A stretch of DNA of 64,000 bases, taken from positions 44,908 through 108,907 of the forward strand of contig DATENU010000012.1 of the NCBI GenBank assembly GCA_035274845.1, given 5' to 3'. Both the position numbers and the translations under genes were made by a program. The notes beneath the pieces were generated by a model. It searched no databases, was not told where the DNA came from, and worked only from the letters and a program-made list of their open reading frames with translations. Origin of the DNA: Chthoniobacterales bacterium (GTDB taxonomy: Bacteria; Verrucomicrobiota; Verrucomicrobiia; Chthoniobacterales; UBA10450). Below, one piece after another: positions 28,848-37,583 of the stretch (positions are counted from its first letter, which is position 1; the number at the start of each line of letters is the position of its first letter).

Positions 28848-29031
28848 CGAAACTTGATGGCATCCGAATCGGCCGACCCGCCGTCACGACGCGCGACATG
28901 AAAGAAGAAGAAATGCTCGAAATCGCCGACCTCATCAACGACGCCCTCACCCACCGCGACGACCAACGCGCCCTCGACCAAATCCGCGCCAAAGTCCGCG
29001 AACTCACGCCGCGGTTTCCGCTTCCGTCGTA
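28848..29031 (+). pseudogene. Diverged duplicate of the 3' end (last ~56 codons) of the serine hydroxymethyltransferase ORF (att-like remnant)
   Basis: 28861-29031 aligns with 27960-28121 with several mismatches (e.g. gaaatcgccgacctcatcaacgacgccctc identical); encodes ...[44 protein letters not shown]. Confidence 0.8.
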
Positions 29032-29207
29032 AGTTGTTTACCGGCCCCCGCTCGCTTCACCGCTCCCGCATCCTTTCCGTACCCACCTAAGCCTCTTTGC
29101 CCTTGTCGCGCGCAAACGCTTTTGATAAACAAAACTGTGTTTTCCCTTTTGCGCGCATCAGCCGCTCCCCAGAATTGAGTTAAGACCGCTCCAGTAACAC
29201 GATACCA

Positions 29208-29951
29208 ATGCGGCGAATCTCGCTTATCCTTCTCTTACTTTTAGCCGTCCTGCTTGGACTATTCGTCGCACTCAGATGGTTCCCTGACACAGTTCGCAAT
29301 GCGGCTCCGACGTTCAGTCTTTTGACCAATGTATTCGCATTCAGCTCTGTGGTCTTCGCGATCGCACTGTTGTCGTGGATTATGCGAACATTAGTGGAAT
29401 CCGACCCGGATCCGTTCCTCCTTAATCTCACCTTTTTCGCTTTTGCCGGCCAATCTATCAGAACTATCGAGTTCATTTACAATGGTCATACCAACGGTTT
29501 TCTCCTCTTTCTTGGGTTGATCGCCGTCGGGATCGTAGGGTGTCAGGCACTCATCCTAAGAGCACATATGCACACAACCAAGACGCACTATAAAGCGCTC
29601 CTTGCAGAGTACAAGAAAACCAGTTGCTCTGATCATGAGATCGAGCATTGGGCAAGCGTTGTATTACAAATCACGGGAACGGATTTTTCGCCTGGCAATT
29701 ATTTCGGCTTTAAGGGGCTCGAGAAAGTCTTCCCGTCGGGCCCCAGAGCGAAGAGCAGAATGGACGCATTATCAATCCTACCTGAAACAGATTTTCGAAA
29801 GGCTGGCCCAAGTGGGAGTGGTTTGACCGCTGAATTACTGGTTGTTCCCGCTGAAGACCGAGTAACACTTTGGTGTCTCTATCGTCGGGCATGCGCAGCA
29901 GCATGGATCGTTTTCATGATCGCCATACTGATCTCACAAAAGAAATCGTAA
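29208..29951 (+). CDS. Hypothetical membrane protein in a lower-GC islet
   Basis: 247-aa ORF with several hydrophobic helices; local composition is markedly AT-richer than flanks; stop overlaps the next start (TAATG). Confidence 0.5.
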   Translation: MRRISLILLLLLAVLLGLFVALRWFPDTVRNAAPTFSLLTNVFAFSSVVFAIALLSWIMRTLVESDPDPFLLNLTFFAFAGQSIRTIEFIYNGHTNGFLLFLGLIAVGIVGCQALILRAHMHTTKTHYKALLAEYKKTSCSDHEIEHWASVVLQITGTDFSPGNYFGFKGLEKVFPSGPRAKSRMDALSILPETDFRKAGPSGSGLTAELLVVPAEDRVTLWCLYRRACAAAWIVFMIAILISQKKS

Positions 29952-30751
29952 TGCTACGCCATAACAGAAGCGTTTACGGTCACAGACCAGAGGGCTTTTC
30001 CTCCCTGTTTACCCCTTCCGACAGTGTCGACACGGCCTCTAGCGAAAGGCGAATCTCACCGAAAGGGAATATTGGCCCAATCATAAAGTTGCGTCATGTG
30101 AGGGTATGGCTAGTTCAATCAATAAGCATCACGAGAATAGTAGCTACGCTTCTATTTGCCGGACTGGCCTTTAAGAACATTTCGCATGTGTTGTTGTCAT
30201 TGCTTTTTGGGACCGCGGTAGTTACTGATCTAATTGACGGGTATCTGGCACGAAAACTCCAAGTCCAGACGCAGTTGGGTCAGGTGATAGATTTAGTAGC
30301 CGATAAATCGTTGACGACTGTTTCTCTGCTATATGCGGCCGCCTGTGGAGTCGATATTCTCCCGATCGCCATAATCGCGATGCGCGATATCATCATGATC
30401 GGCATGCGACTGGTCATAGTCCAAGGTACTCAACTTCTTCCCACCAATCGATTGTTTGGCGGAGCCATGGCACTTCTCCTTTGGGCCAATACCCTGGTTC
30501 TGATATGTGCGCCGATAGAAGGCGGTTTCTTGCAGATCGCAAGCGGAGTATACTGGGCGTGCGCGATAATTTTCGCATGGAACCTTCTGTCGCGCCTTTA
30601 CGTTAGCGTTCCGGCGATAAGGACAGCCTCCAACCTCAATTTGTTATCAGAGATAAGCGCAAAACGCGGTCGCCCGAAGCGGTTTTCTACCTCTGAATTA
30701 TCAATTTCAAAGTTTCGACGTCATTTGGGTCAGGCTGGTGACACCAGGTGA
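29951..30751 (+). CDS. CDP-alcohol phosphatidyltransferase family protein
   Basis: DLIDGYLARKLQVQTQLGQVIDLVADK matches D-x2-DG-x2-AR...G-x3-D-x3-D; multiple TM helices. Start could alternatively be GTG 30098. Confidence 0.65.
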   Translation: MLRHNRSVYGHRPEGFSSLFTPSDSVDTASSERRISPKGNIGPIIKLRHVRVWLVQSISITRIVATLLFAGLAFKNISHVLLSLLFGTAVVTDLIDGYLARKLQVQTQLGQVIDLVADKSLTTVSLLYAAACGVDILPIAIIAMRDIIMIGMRLVIVQGTQLLPTNRLFGGAMALLLWANTLVLICAPIEGGFLQIASGVYWACAIIFAWNLLSRLYVSVPAIRTASNLNLLSEISAKRGRPKRFSTSELSISKFRRHLGQAGDTR

Positions 30752-30907
30752 CCTTTCGGCTCTCGCAAGGCTGTTTCCTTCCACCACTCGGCGATTCTAG
30801 GCACAGCACTGAGGCTGGCGATGATAATCGCGCCGTTGGCGCTCATGAGATCGGAGGAAGCCGAGCGCACGCGGATAGGACGCGTGCGCGATAGCTTGGT
30901 TCCCAAG

Positions 30908-33094
30908 TTATCGGGATGTGGTCGCCGACGTTTCGGCGGCAGGAGGCGCGGGCTTCCTGGACGCGTTACCGTTTCCGGACGAACCCGCGAATTGGCGGAT
31001 GAAGTCCTCCAGCGGTTTGGAACCGGCGGGGTTTTCCTGGATGTTGATGCCGGCTTTTTCGCTCAGGATGAGGCTGAGCAACGTTTCGAGGACGCTGCCG
31101 CCACTTTGACCTTCGCCATCCGTGGCGCCGCCGCTGTTGCTGATGAAGAGACGGCTCGGGACGAGCGGTTGGACGCTTTGCGAGAAGCGGTCGGCGAAGA
31201 CATTGAGCGCATACAGGCGCGGGTCGCGGTAGGCGCCGACCTTTTGCAAGGTGACCGCGGCTTCGGCGAGACCGACCTGGGCGATCCGTGAGGATTCGCC
31301 TTTGCCGATTAGCTCTTTCGAGCGCGCTTCGCCTTCGGCGAGCGTGACCTGTTTCTTGGCCAGCTGCTCGGCCTCGGCGAACTGGGCTTCACCACGATTC
31401 GCGGCGATCTCGACGGCGATCGCGCTTTGGGTCAGCTCGGTTTGGCGTTCGGCTTTCGCTTTCGCTTCGTTGAGCGCGACCTGTTGTTGCGCGGCTTCCT
31501 CCTGCTTTGCGTAGGTGGCGCGTTGTTCGTCGGCCAAACGGCGCATGCGGAGCTGGTCGAACAACGTTTCGATCGGGTCGGCCTGGCCGGCGGCGATCTC
31601 GCGCGATTCGGGCCGGCCGATCAGGACGGCGACGACGTTGATGTCGTATTTTTGGAAACGCGCGCCCAACTCTTCGGTGGCGTGCCGTTGGATTTCTTCG
31701 CGTTTCGTCAACAGATCCAGCATGTGCGAGGTCTGCGCGACGTCGCGGAAGTAGGCGGTCAGGATGGGATCGAGCGTCTGGGTGATGAGGCGCTTCACGT
31801 CACCGAACCGTTGCACGACGGACGGCGCTTTCTGGTAGTCGATGTGGAGGACGAGCGAGAGCGGCAGGCGCGGCTCGTAACCATCGGCCGTGATCAGGTC
31901 GATACTGGTCAGGTCTTCGTCGTAATGGTGCGCTTCGGTCTGGCCGCTGATCCAGCGCAGGACGAAGTTGATCGTCGGGACGAGCTCGACTTTCACCGCA
32001 TAGGGGTTCAACGCGTACTTGCCAGGCGTGAGCGCGGAACGCCAGACACCACGCTGGCCGGGCTCGACCTGTTCGCCGTAACGGAACGATTCGCCGGTGG
32101 TATCGTCGCCGGCGGCGCCGTGATACGACACGACCACGCCGACGTAACCGATCGGGATCAGCGTCTTGGCCTTGATCTCGACGGTGCCGAACCAGCGGTT
32201 GATGAAGAACGTGCCGTCCGTCAACACCTGGAGCTGTTTACCGCGTTTGCCTCCGAGGGCGAGGAACGCCTCCGGATCCTGGAAGTAATTGTGATCCTTT
32301 CCGGGAATCGCTTTCACTTCCGGCGCGATGATTTCGCCGGAGCCGATGGTCGGACCGTCCTGGATGCTGACGACGCCGATCGTGTCCGTGCTCGGATTGA
32401 AGTCGGGCGAGGCCGCGGCCAGTGACGGCGGCGAGCCGGCTTCAGTCGCGCTCGTGTCGCCAAGATGCGCCGTGAATCGGCTCTGCCCGGCGCCGATGAC
32501 GACCGGATCGAAGGCGCGCAACGACGCGAGCTGCGCTTTCCACGACTCATAACGGTCCGCCGATTCCTTCACCGGCCCGGAGAAGACGCGGTCTTCGGTG
32601 ATGACCACGAACAGCGCCAGGTTAATGGCGTAGACGCCTTCGCGCAGAATGCCGCGCTGCCGGCCGCGTTGGCCCTGCGCTTCGAGGAATGCCATCGCGT
32701 CCTGGAAATGGTTGGAGTCGACGGTGCGGCCGAGCGTTTGGATCGGCTCGAGCGGCACGCCGTCGCGGGCATAGACGTAAGCCATCTTGCCTTCGGCGAC
32801 GACAACGAGCGGTTCCTTATGAATGCGGTATTGCCACGGATACAATCCGAAGTGAATACCGCCGCGCAGGAACCTGGCCTGGTAACCGGCCTCGCCGTTG
32901 CGCGCGATGATCTGTCCTTCGCGCAACGAACCGCGGCTGCTCCAGATTTTTTCGATGATACCGACCTGCGTGTGCGGGATGTAAACAATCCCGAGCAAAC
33001 GCGGCAGGCAGATCATCAGAATCAGGACTGCAATACCCCCCACCCCATACACCCACGGGGCTTCAGGAAGTGTGAGAGCGATTAGGTTGTTCAT
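30908..33094 (-). CDS. SPFH/band-7 (flotillin-like) membrane protein
   Basis: 728-aa ORF; N-terminal TM, SPFH domain, and a long E/A/Q-rich coiled-coil (AEAEQLAKKQVTLAEGEARSKELIGKGE...) typical of flotillins. Confidence 0.75.
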   Translation of the reverse strand: MNNLIALTLPEAPWVYGVGGIAVLILMICLPRLLGIVYIPHTQVGIIEKIWSSRGSLREGQIIARNGEAGYQARFLRGGIHFGLYPWQYRIHKEPLVVVAEGKMAYVYARDGVPLEPIQTLGRTVDSNHFQDAMAFLEAQGQRGRQRGILREGVYAINLALFVVITEDRVFSGPVKESADRYESWKAQLASLRAFDPVVIGAGQSRFTAHLGDTSATEAGSPPSLAAASPDFNPSTDTIGVVSIQDGPTIGSGEIIAPEVKAIPGKDHNYFQDPEAFLALGGKRGKQLQVLTDGTFFINRWFGTVEIKAKTLIPIGYVGVVVSYHGAAGDDTTGESFRYGEQVEPGQRGVWRSALTPGKYALNPYAVKVELVPTINFVLRWISGQTEAHHYDEDLTSIDLITADGYEPRLPLSLVLHIDYQKAPSVVQRFGDVKRLITQTLDPILTAYFRDVAQTSHMLDLLTKREEIQRHATEELGARFQKYDINVVAVLIGRPESREIAAGQADPIETLFDQLRMRRLADEQRATYAKQEEAAQQQVALNEAKAKAERQTELTQSAIAVEIAANRGEAQFAEAEQLAKKQVTLAEGEARSKELIGKGESSRIAQVGLAEAAVTLQKVGAYRDPRLYALNVFADRFSQSVQPLVPSRLFISNSGGATDGEGQSGGSVLETLLSLILSEKAGINIQENPAGSKPLEDFIRQFAGSSGNGNASRKPAPPAAETSATTSR

Positions 33095-33287
33095 ATTTTA
33101 TCCTTTTTTAACCTTCATCGCGTTCGACACCACGCCGCGTCAGACGCTGAATGGGTTCATTCGATTTTTTCCAATAATTCCGTGGGGTGGGCATGGCAGT
33201 TGTTGCCGTGTCGCAGCGACAGAAAGACACTGTGGGCCTAACGAGCCGCAGCCATGCAGGTTCCGCGGCTTGGCATGCGGATTGAAA

Positions 33288-33392
33288 CCAAGGAGCGGCG
33301 CTTTCCGAACCGCCGTCTTTCCGCGCTTTCAGCGCGAGATACTGGTCGCGCCGTTGGCGCGCCTCGGTGGTTTGGAAAGCGCCGCTCCTTGG
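33288..33392. repeat. REP-like element family 2
   Basis: caaggagcggcgctttccgaaccgccg ... cggtggtttggaaagcgccgctccttgg inverted pair in the flotillin/zwf divergent intergenic region. Confidence 0.6.
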
Positions 33393-33449
33393 GTTTGCAA
33401 TTTTGCTCTTACCTAAGCGGCGCTATTCTGCCTAAATCGATATCGCGCC

Positions 33450-35000
33450 ATGAGCACGACGGGAGAAACACAGCAGACGAATCCGCTCCGGGAAGGGCTC
33501 TCGGCCCGGACGGTGCCGCAGGCTTGTACGGTGGTGATTTTTGGCGCGACGGGCGACCTGACCATGCGGAAACTGATTCCGGCGCTCTACAACCTGGCGG
33601 CCGATGGAGAGCTGCCTCCGCAGGTGGCGATCGTCGGTTTCGCCCGGCGGCCTAAAACGGACGACGATTTTCGCAAGGAACAGGAGGAATCGACCAAAAA
33701 GTTTTCGCGCCAGCAGGTGCGCGACGAAATCTGGAACGGTTTTGCGCAGGCGCTCTTTTATCACCAAAGCGAATTCCACGACGCGAACGGTTACAAGACG
33801 CTGGCGGAACGGCTGGACAAAATCGACCAGGAGCGCGGCACGGGCGGGAACCGGCTCTTTTATCTGGCCGTCGCGCCGGACCAATTTGAGCCGATCGTAA
33901 AAAATCTGAAGGACGCCGGGTTGAACGAGCCAGGCGAGAGCGGCGGTTGGACGCGGGTGATCGTAGAGAAACCTTTCGGCACGGATCTGGCGACGGCGCG
34001 AGAGTTGAACGCAATGGTTCGGCGGGCGTTCGCCGAAAACCAGACCTATCGGATCGATCACTTCCTCGGAAAAGAAACGGCCCAAAACATTTTAGTGCTG
34101 CGTTTCGCGAACGCGATCTTCGAGCCGATCTGGAATGGCCGTTATGTCGATCACATTCAGATCACGGCGGCGGAAACGCTCGGCGTGGAGGGACGCGCCG
34201 GCTATTACGAAACCTCGGGCGCGCTCCGCGACATGGTGCAGAATCATCTACTCCAGCTTCTCTGCCTGGTGGCGATGGAGCCGCCGACCGATCTCGGCGC
34301 CGACAGCATTCGCGATGAGAAAGTGAAAATCGTGCGCTCGCTCCGCCGGATGACCGCCGAGGAAATCGAGCGGAACGTCATCCGTGGCCAGTACGCCGAA
34401 GGCGCGATCAACGGAAAGCCGGTGCCGGGATACCGGAGCGAGAAAAACGTGAAACCGGATTCCAGGACGGAGACGTTCGTCGCGCTCAAAGTTCGGGTGG
34501 ACGATTGGCGGCTGGCGGACGTCCCGATTTACATTCGGGTGGGCAAGCGTCTTCCAAAATCAGGCACGGAGATCTCGGTTCACTTCAAGAAAGCGCCGGC
34601 CGTTCTTTTCAATCGCGAATCCGTTTCGCTCGATCAAAACGTGCTCGTGATCCGGATTCAGCCGGACGAAGGAATTTCCCTGCGGATGCAGGCCAAAGTT
34701 CCGGGAACCAGTCTGCGGATCGAATCGGTGAAGATGGATTTCCATTACGGAACCTCCTTCGGCAAGGCGAGTCCGGAAGCGTACGAGCGGCTTCTGCTCG
34801 ATGCGATGAGCGGCGACGCGACCCTCTTCGCGCGGGGCGACGAAGTCGAAGAAGCGTGGGCGTTCATCGACCCGATCGAGGAAGCGTGGTCGGCCAAGGA
34901 GAATCAGCCTGGCCTATTCATGTATCCCGCCGGCTCATGGGGGCCGGAGGAAGCGGACGAGCTTTTGGCGCGCGACGGTCGCGCCTGGCGGCGATTGTGA
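33450..35000 (+). CDS. zwf: Glucose-6-phosphate 1-dehydrogenase
   Basis: 516-aa ORF; IFGATGDLTMRKL NADP motif, RIDHFLGKE active-site peptide. Confidence 0.92.
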   Translation: MSTTGETQQTNPLREGLSARTVPQACTVVIFGATGDLTMRKLIPALYNLAADGELPPQVAIVGFARRPKTDDDFRKEQEESTKKFSRQQVRDEIWNGFAQALFYHQSEFHDANGYKTLAERLDKIDQERGTGGNRLFYLAVAPDQFEPIVKNLKDAGLNEPGESGGWTRVIVEKPFGTDLATARELNAMVRRAFAENQTYRIDHFLGKETAQNILVLRFANAIFEPIWNGRYVDHIQITAAETLGVEGRAGYYETSGALRDMVQNHLLQLLCLVAMEPPTDLGADSIRDEKVKIVRSLRRMTAEEIERNVIRGQYAEGAINGKPVPGYRSEKNVKPDSRTETFVALKVRVDDWRLADVPIYIRVGKRLPKSGTEISVHFKKAPAVLFNRESVSLDQNVLVIRIQPDEGISLRMQAKVPGTSLRIESVKMDFHYGTSFGKASPEAYERLLLDAMSGDATLFARGDEVEEAWAFIDPIEEAWSAKENQPGLFMYPAGSWGPEEADELLARDGRAWRRL

Positions 35001-35016
35001 ATGGATTAGTGGAGTA

Positions 35017-36087
35017 ATGGGAACGGAAACCACAACGACCAATACTCCAATACTCCAACACTCCATTTCCCCCGGTCTGCCGGTCGAGATCGATAAGATT
35101 GGGCGGGAACTCAAAAGGCTTTGGGGGGAAGGCGGGGGCGCGAAAACACGGGCATCGCTGATCAATCTCGCAATCTACAGCGAGGTGCCGGGATCGCTTC
35201 CGGAGAATACGCGAATCATTTCTGAGATCACGGAAGACCATGCCTGCCGGGCGATCGTCATCGGCGCGAATCCGGCGGCGAAAGAGAACCGGGTCGAAGC
35301 CTGGATCAATGTTCATTGCCACGTCAGCCGGGCGGGAAGCAAACAGGTCTGCTCGGAACAACTTTCATTCGTGCTCGCAGGGCCCTCGACCCGTCTCCTG
35401 CCGAACATTGTTTTTTCGCAGTTGGATTCAGATTTGCCGCTGGTGCTTTGGTGGCAGGGCGAGTTTTCCGACCCGATGGACGCGCAACTGTGGGCCTGGG
35501 TCGATCGGGTGGTTTACGACAGCCAGACCTGGAAGGATTTCCGGATTCAGATCGAGCGGGTCGAAACCGCGCAGGCGGAAGCGAAGCAACGGATCGTTTT
35601 GTGCGACTTGAATTGGACGCGGCTCGTCCAAATCCGCCTCGCCCTGGCGCAATTCTTCGACCACCCGGCTACGCACGCGAAGTTCGATGAAATCGAGAAC
35701 GTCGAAATCGATTATGCGCCGGGCTTTCGCTCGACCGCGATCCTCCTGGCGGGATGGCTTGCCGCCCAGTTGCATTGGAGCGAGGGGAAGAAATCTGCGG
35801 AAGATGGGTTGAGTTTCCGCGGCAGCAAGAAAAATGAGATCGGGATCGCGTTAAAGGAAAAGGAGGGCGAGCCGATCGGGCGCTGTGCGTTGCAATGCGG
35901 GGCGGTCGCGTTCACGGTCAGCCACGCGCCGAAGGCGGACCTGCTTGACGTGGCGGCCGGCGAACGGCGCTGCCGGATGCCGGCAGGGCATAATGATGCC
36001 GTGCGTTTGATGAGCGAAGAGCTGATGCGCGGCGGGCCGCACAAGGTTTATCTGCGGGCCATAAATTGCGTGCGGGATCTTCTGTAG
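35017..36087 (+). CDS. opcA: Glucose-6-phosphate dehydrogenase assembly protein OpcA-like
   Basis: 356-aa ORF immediately downstream of zwf with OpcA-like N- and C-terminal domains. Confidence 0.7.
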   Translation: MGTETTTTNTPILQHSISPGLPVEIDKIGRELKRLWGEGGGAKTRASLINLAIYSEVPGSLPENTRIISEITEDHACRAIVIGANPAAKENRVEAWINVHCHVSRAGSKQVCSEQLSFVLAGPSTRLLPNIVFSQLDSDLPLVLWWQGEFSDPMDAQLWAWVDRVVYDSQTWKDFRIQIERVETAQAEAKQRIVLCDLNWTRLVQIRLALAQFFDHPATHAKFDEIENVEIDYAPGFRSTAILLAGWLAAQLHWSEGKKSAEDGLSFRGSKKNEIGIALKEKEGEPIGRCALQCGAVAFTVSHAPKADLLDVAAGERRCRMPAGHNDAVRLMSEELMRGGPHKVYLRAINCVRDLL

Positions 36088-36140
36088 CGGCGGTCTCTGA
36101 CCGTCGAGCCCGTTCGATTTTCGGCGGTCAGAGACCGCCG

Positions 36141-37325
36141 CTACAGGGCGAAAATCGCCTGCAATTGCCGCGCGCTATCCTGGATCGAGAACTTCTCTTG
36201 CGCGATCTCTCTGCCGCGGTCGCCCAACTCGCGGGCCCGTTCAGGATTGTCGAGCAGGCGTTCGACGGCCGCACCGATCGCCTCCGGATCATGCTCGGGC
36301 ACCAGCTCGCCGTTGACGCCGGGTTCCACCATTTCGGGAACGCCCGCGAGCGGCGTCGAGATCACCGGCAGCCCGGCCGCCATCGCCTCCATGACGACTG
36401 TGGGCAAATTGTCCATTCCGCCGCCCTCTTCGCGCGCGCAGGGCAGGACGAAAATCGTGGCCTTCGCCAGGCGCTGGGCGATTTGCGGCTGCGTTTGCGG
36501 ACCGATTAATCGTACGACGCCTTCTAAACCGGCGCCGGCAATCTGGGCTCGCAAACTTTCCTCGAGTGGACCTTCCCCGATGATATCGCAAACAACCCTT
36601 CGTCCCCGGTTCTTAAGGAGCGCGCAAGCCCGGATGAGATCCGCGAAGCCTTTTTTCTCGATTAACCTCCCGATGGAAATGAGCGCCGGGGTTTCGGCCC
36701 CAAAATCGGCCGGCTGAAAGCAGGAAAGATCGATTCCATTGTAGACCCGATGAATTCGAGCGGACTCGTTCGGAAAACGGGTTTTCAGAAAATCGGCCGC
36801 GTAATCGCTCACGGTGACGATCGCCGCGGCGCTTTCCATTATTTTCGGCAAAGAGATGGCGAAATCGCGCGGCGCAAAAATATCGTTGGCGTGTCCGGTA
36901 AAGCTGAACGGGATGCCGAAGAACTGCTTGATCCACCAGGCGGTGCGCGCCGCCATCCCGGCAAAGTGGGCATGAAGATGACCCAGACCCTTCTCCTGCA
37001 TCCGCTTTCCGACATAAATCGCCTGGTATAGCCGGAGGAAGTCGGACTGCCTCCCCCATTGCTGGATCGCGGTCCGGGGCGCACCCGAGAGAGGTTTTTG
37101 CCGAAGCGTGGCCTCGACTTCCTCAACGAGGGGTTTCTCCTCCGGAAGATAATGGACGCGGTCGACGATCTGTTTGTCCCAATCCTGTGGAGGCTCATTG
37201 GCCGGCCGCCGGATCGAGAAGGCGTGCACTTTCGTCCCCTGCCGCTCCAGTTCCGCCACCTCGCGATAACAAAAGGTCTGCCCGAAGGAGGGGAACCGCT
37301 CGAAAAGGTAGGCGACCTCGCGCAT
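36141..37325 (-). CDS. Glycosyltransferase family 4 (GT-B)
   Basis: 394-aa ORF; C-terminal FVLPCAREEGGGMDNLPTVVMEAMAAGLPVISTPLAGVPEMVEPGVNG is the GT4 EX7E region. Confidence 0.8.
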   Translation of the reverse strand: MREVAYLFERFPSFGQTFCYREVAELERQGTKVHAFSIRRPANEPPQDWDKQIVDRVHYLPEEKPLVEEVEATLRQKPLSGAPRTAIQQWGRQSDFLRLYQAIYVGKRMQEKGLGHLHAHFAGMAARTAWWIKQFFGIPFSFTGHANDIFAPRDFAISLPKIMESAAAIVTVSDYAADFLKTRFPNESARIHRVYNGIDLSCFQPADFGAETPALISIGRLIEKKGFADLIRACALLKNRGRRVVCDIIGEGPLEESLRAQIAGAGLEGVVRLIGPQTQPQIAQRLAKATIFVLPCAREEGGGMDNLPTVVMEAMAAGLPVISTPLAGVPEMVEPGVNGELVPEHDPEAIGAAVERLLDNPERARELGDRGREIAQEKFSIQDSARQLQAIFAL

Positions 37326-37363
37326 GGCCGAAAATCAATGCGAACGCCACGGATGCAACTGAA

Positions 37364-37520
37364 GCCGGGCACGGCACCGTGCAATTGGAGCCGGCACGCC
37401 ATCGTGCAATTGGAGCCGGCACGCCATCGTGCCGGGGGAAAGGGCGACGCGAATCCCTCCGGCCTGAGGGCAGGCCGGCTCCAAGTAAAAGGGGTCCAGG
37501 CCGGCTCCAAGGGGCGGGTT
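37364..37520. promoter_or_regulatory. Array of repeated motifs in a divergent promoter region
   Basis: 2 direct copies of a 25-bp unit gcaattggagccggcacgccatcgt (TTGGAGCCGGC core), then 2 copies of its inverted form (caggccggctccaag); overall an imperfect palindrome upstream of the 37584 gene. Confidence 0.5.
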
Positions 37521-37583
37521 CCAAGCGGGGCTCCCGGCATTATTGCGGGTATTACGGAGCACGACTCCTGCTTTTACGCAGGT

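Noticed and set aside
37059-37583. N-terminal 175-aa extension of the cNMP/DUF4388 ORF
   Set aside because: The extension overlaps the GT4 gene 5' end on the other strand and the repeat-rich promoter region, and is Arg/Pro-rich. The domain-consistent start is ATG 37584
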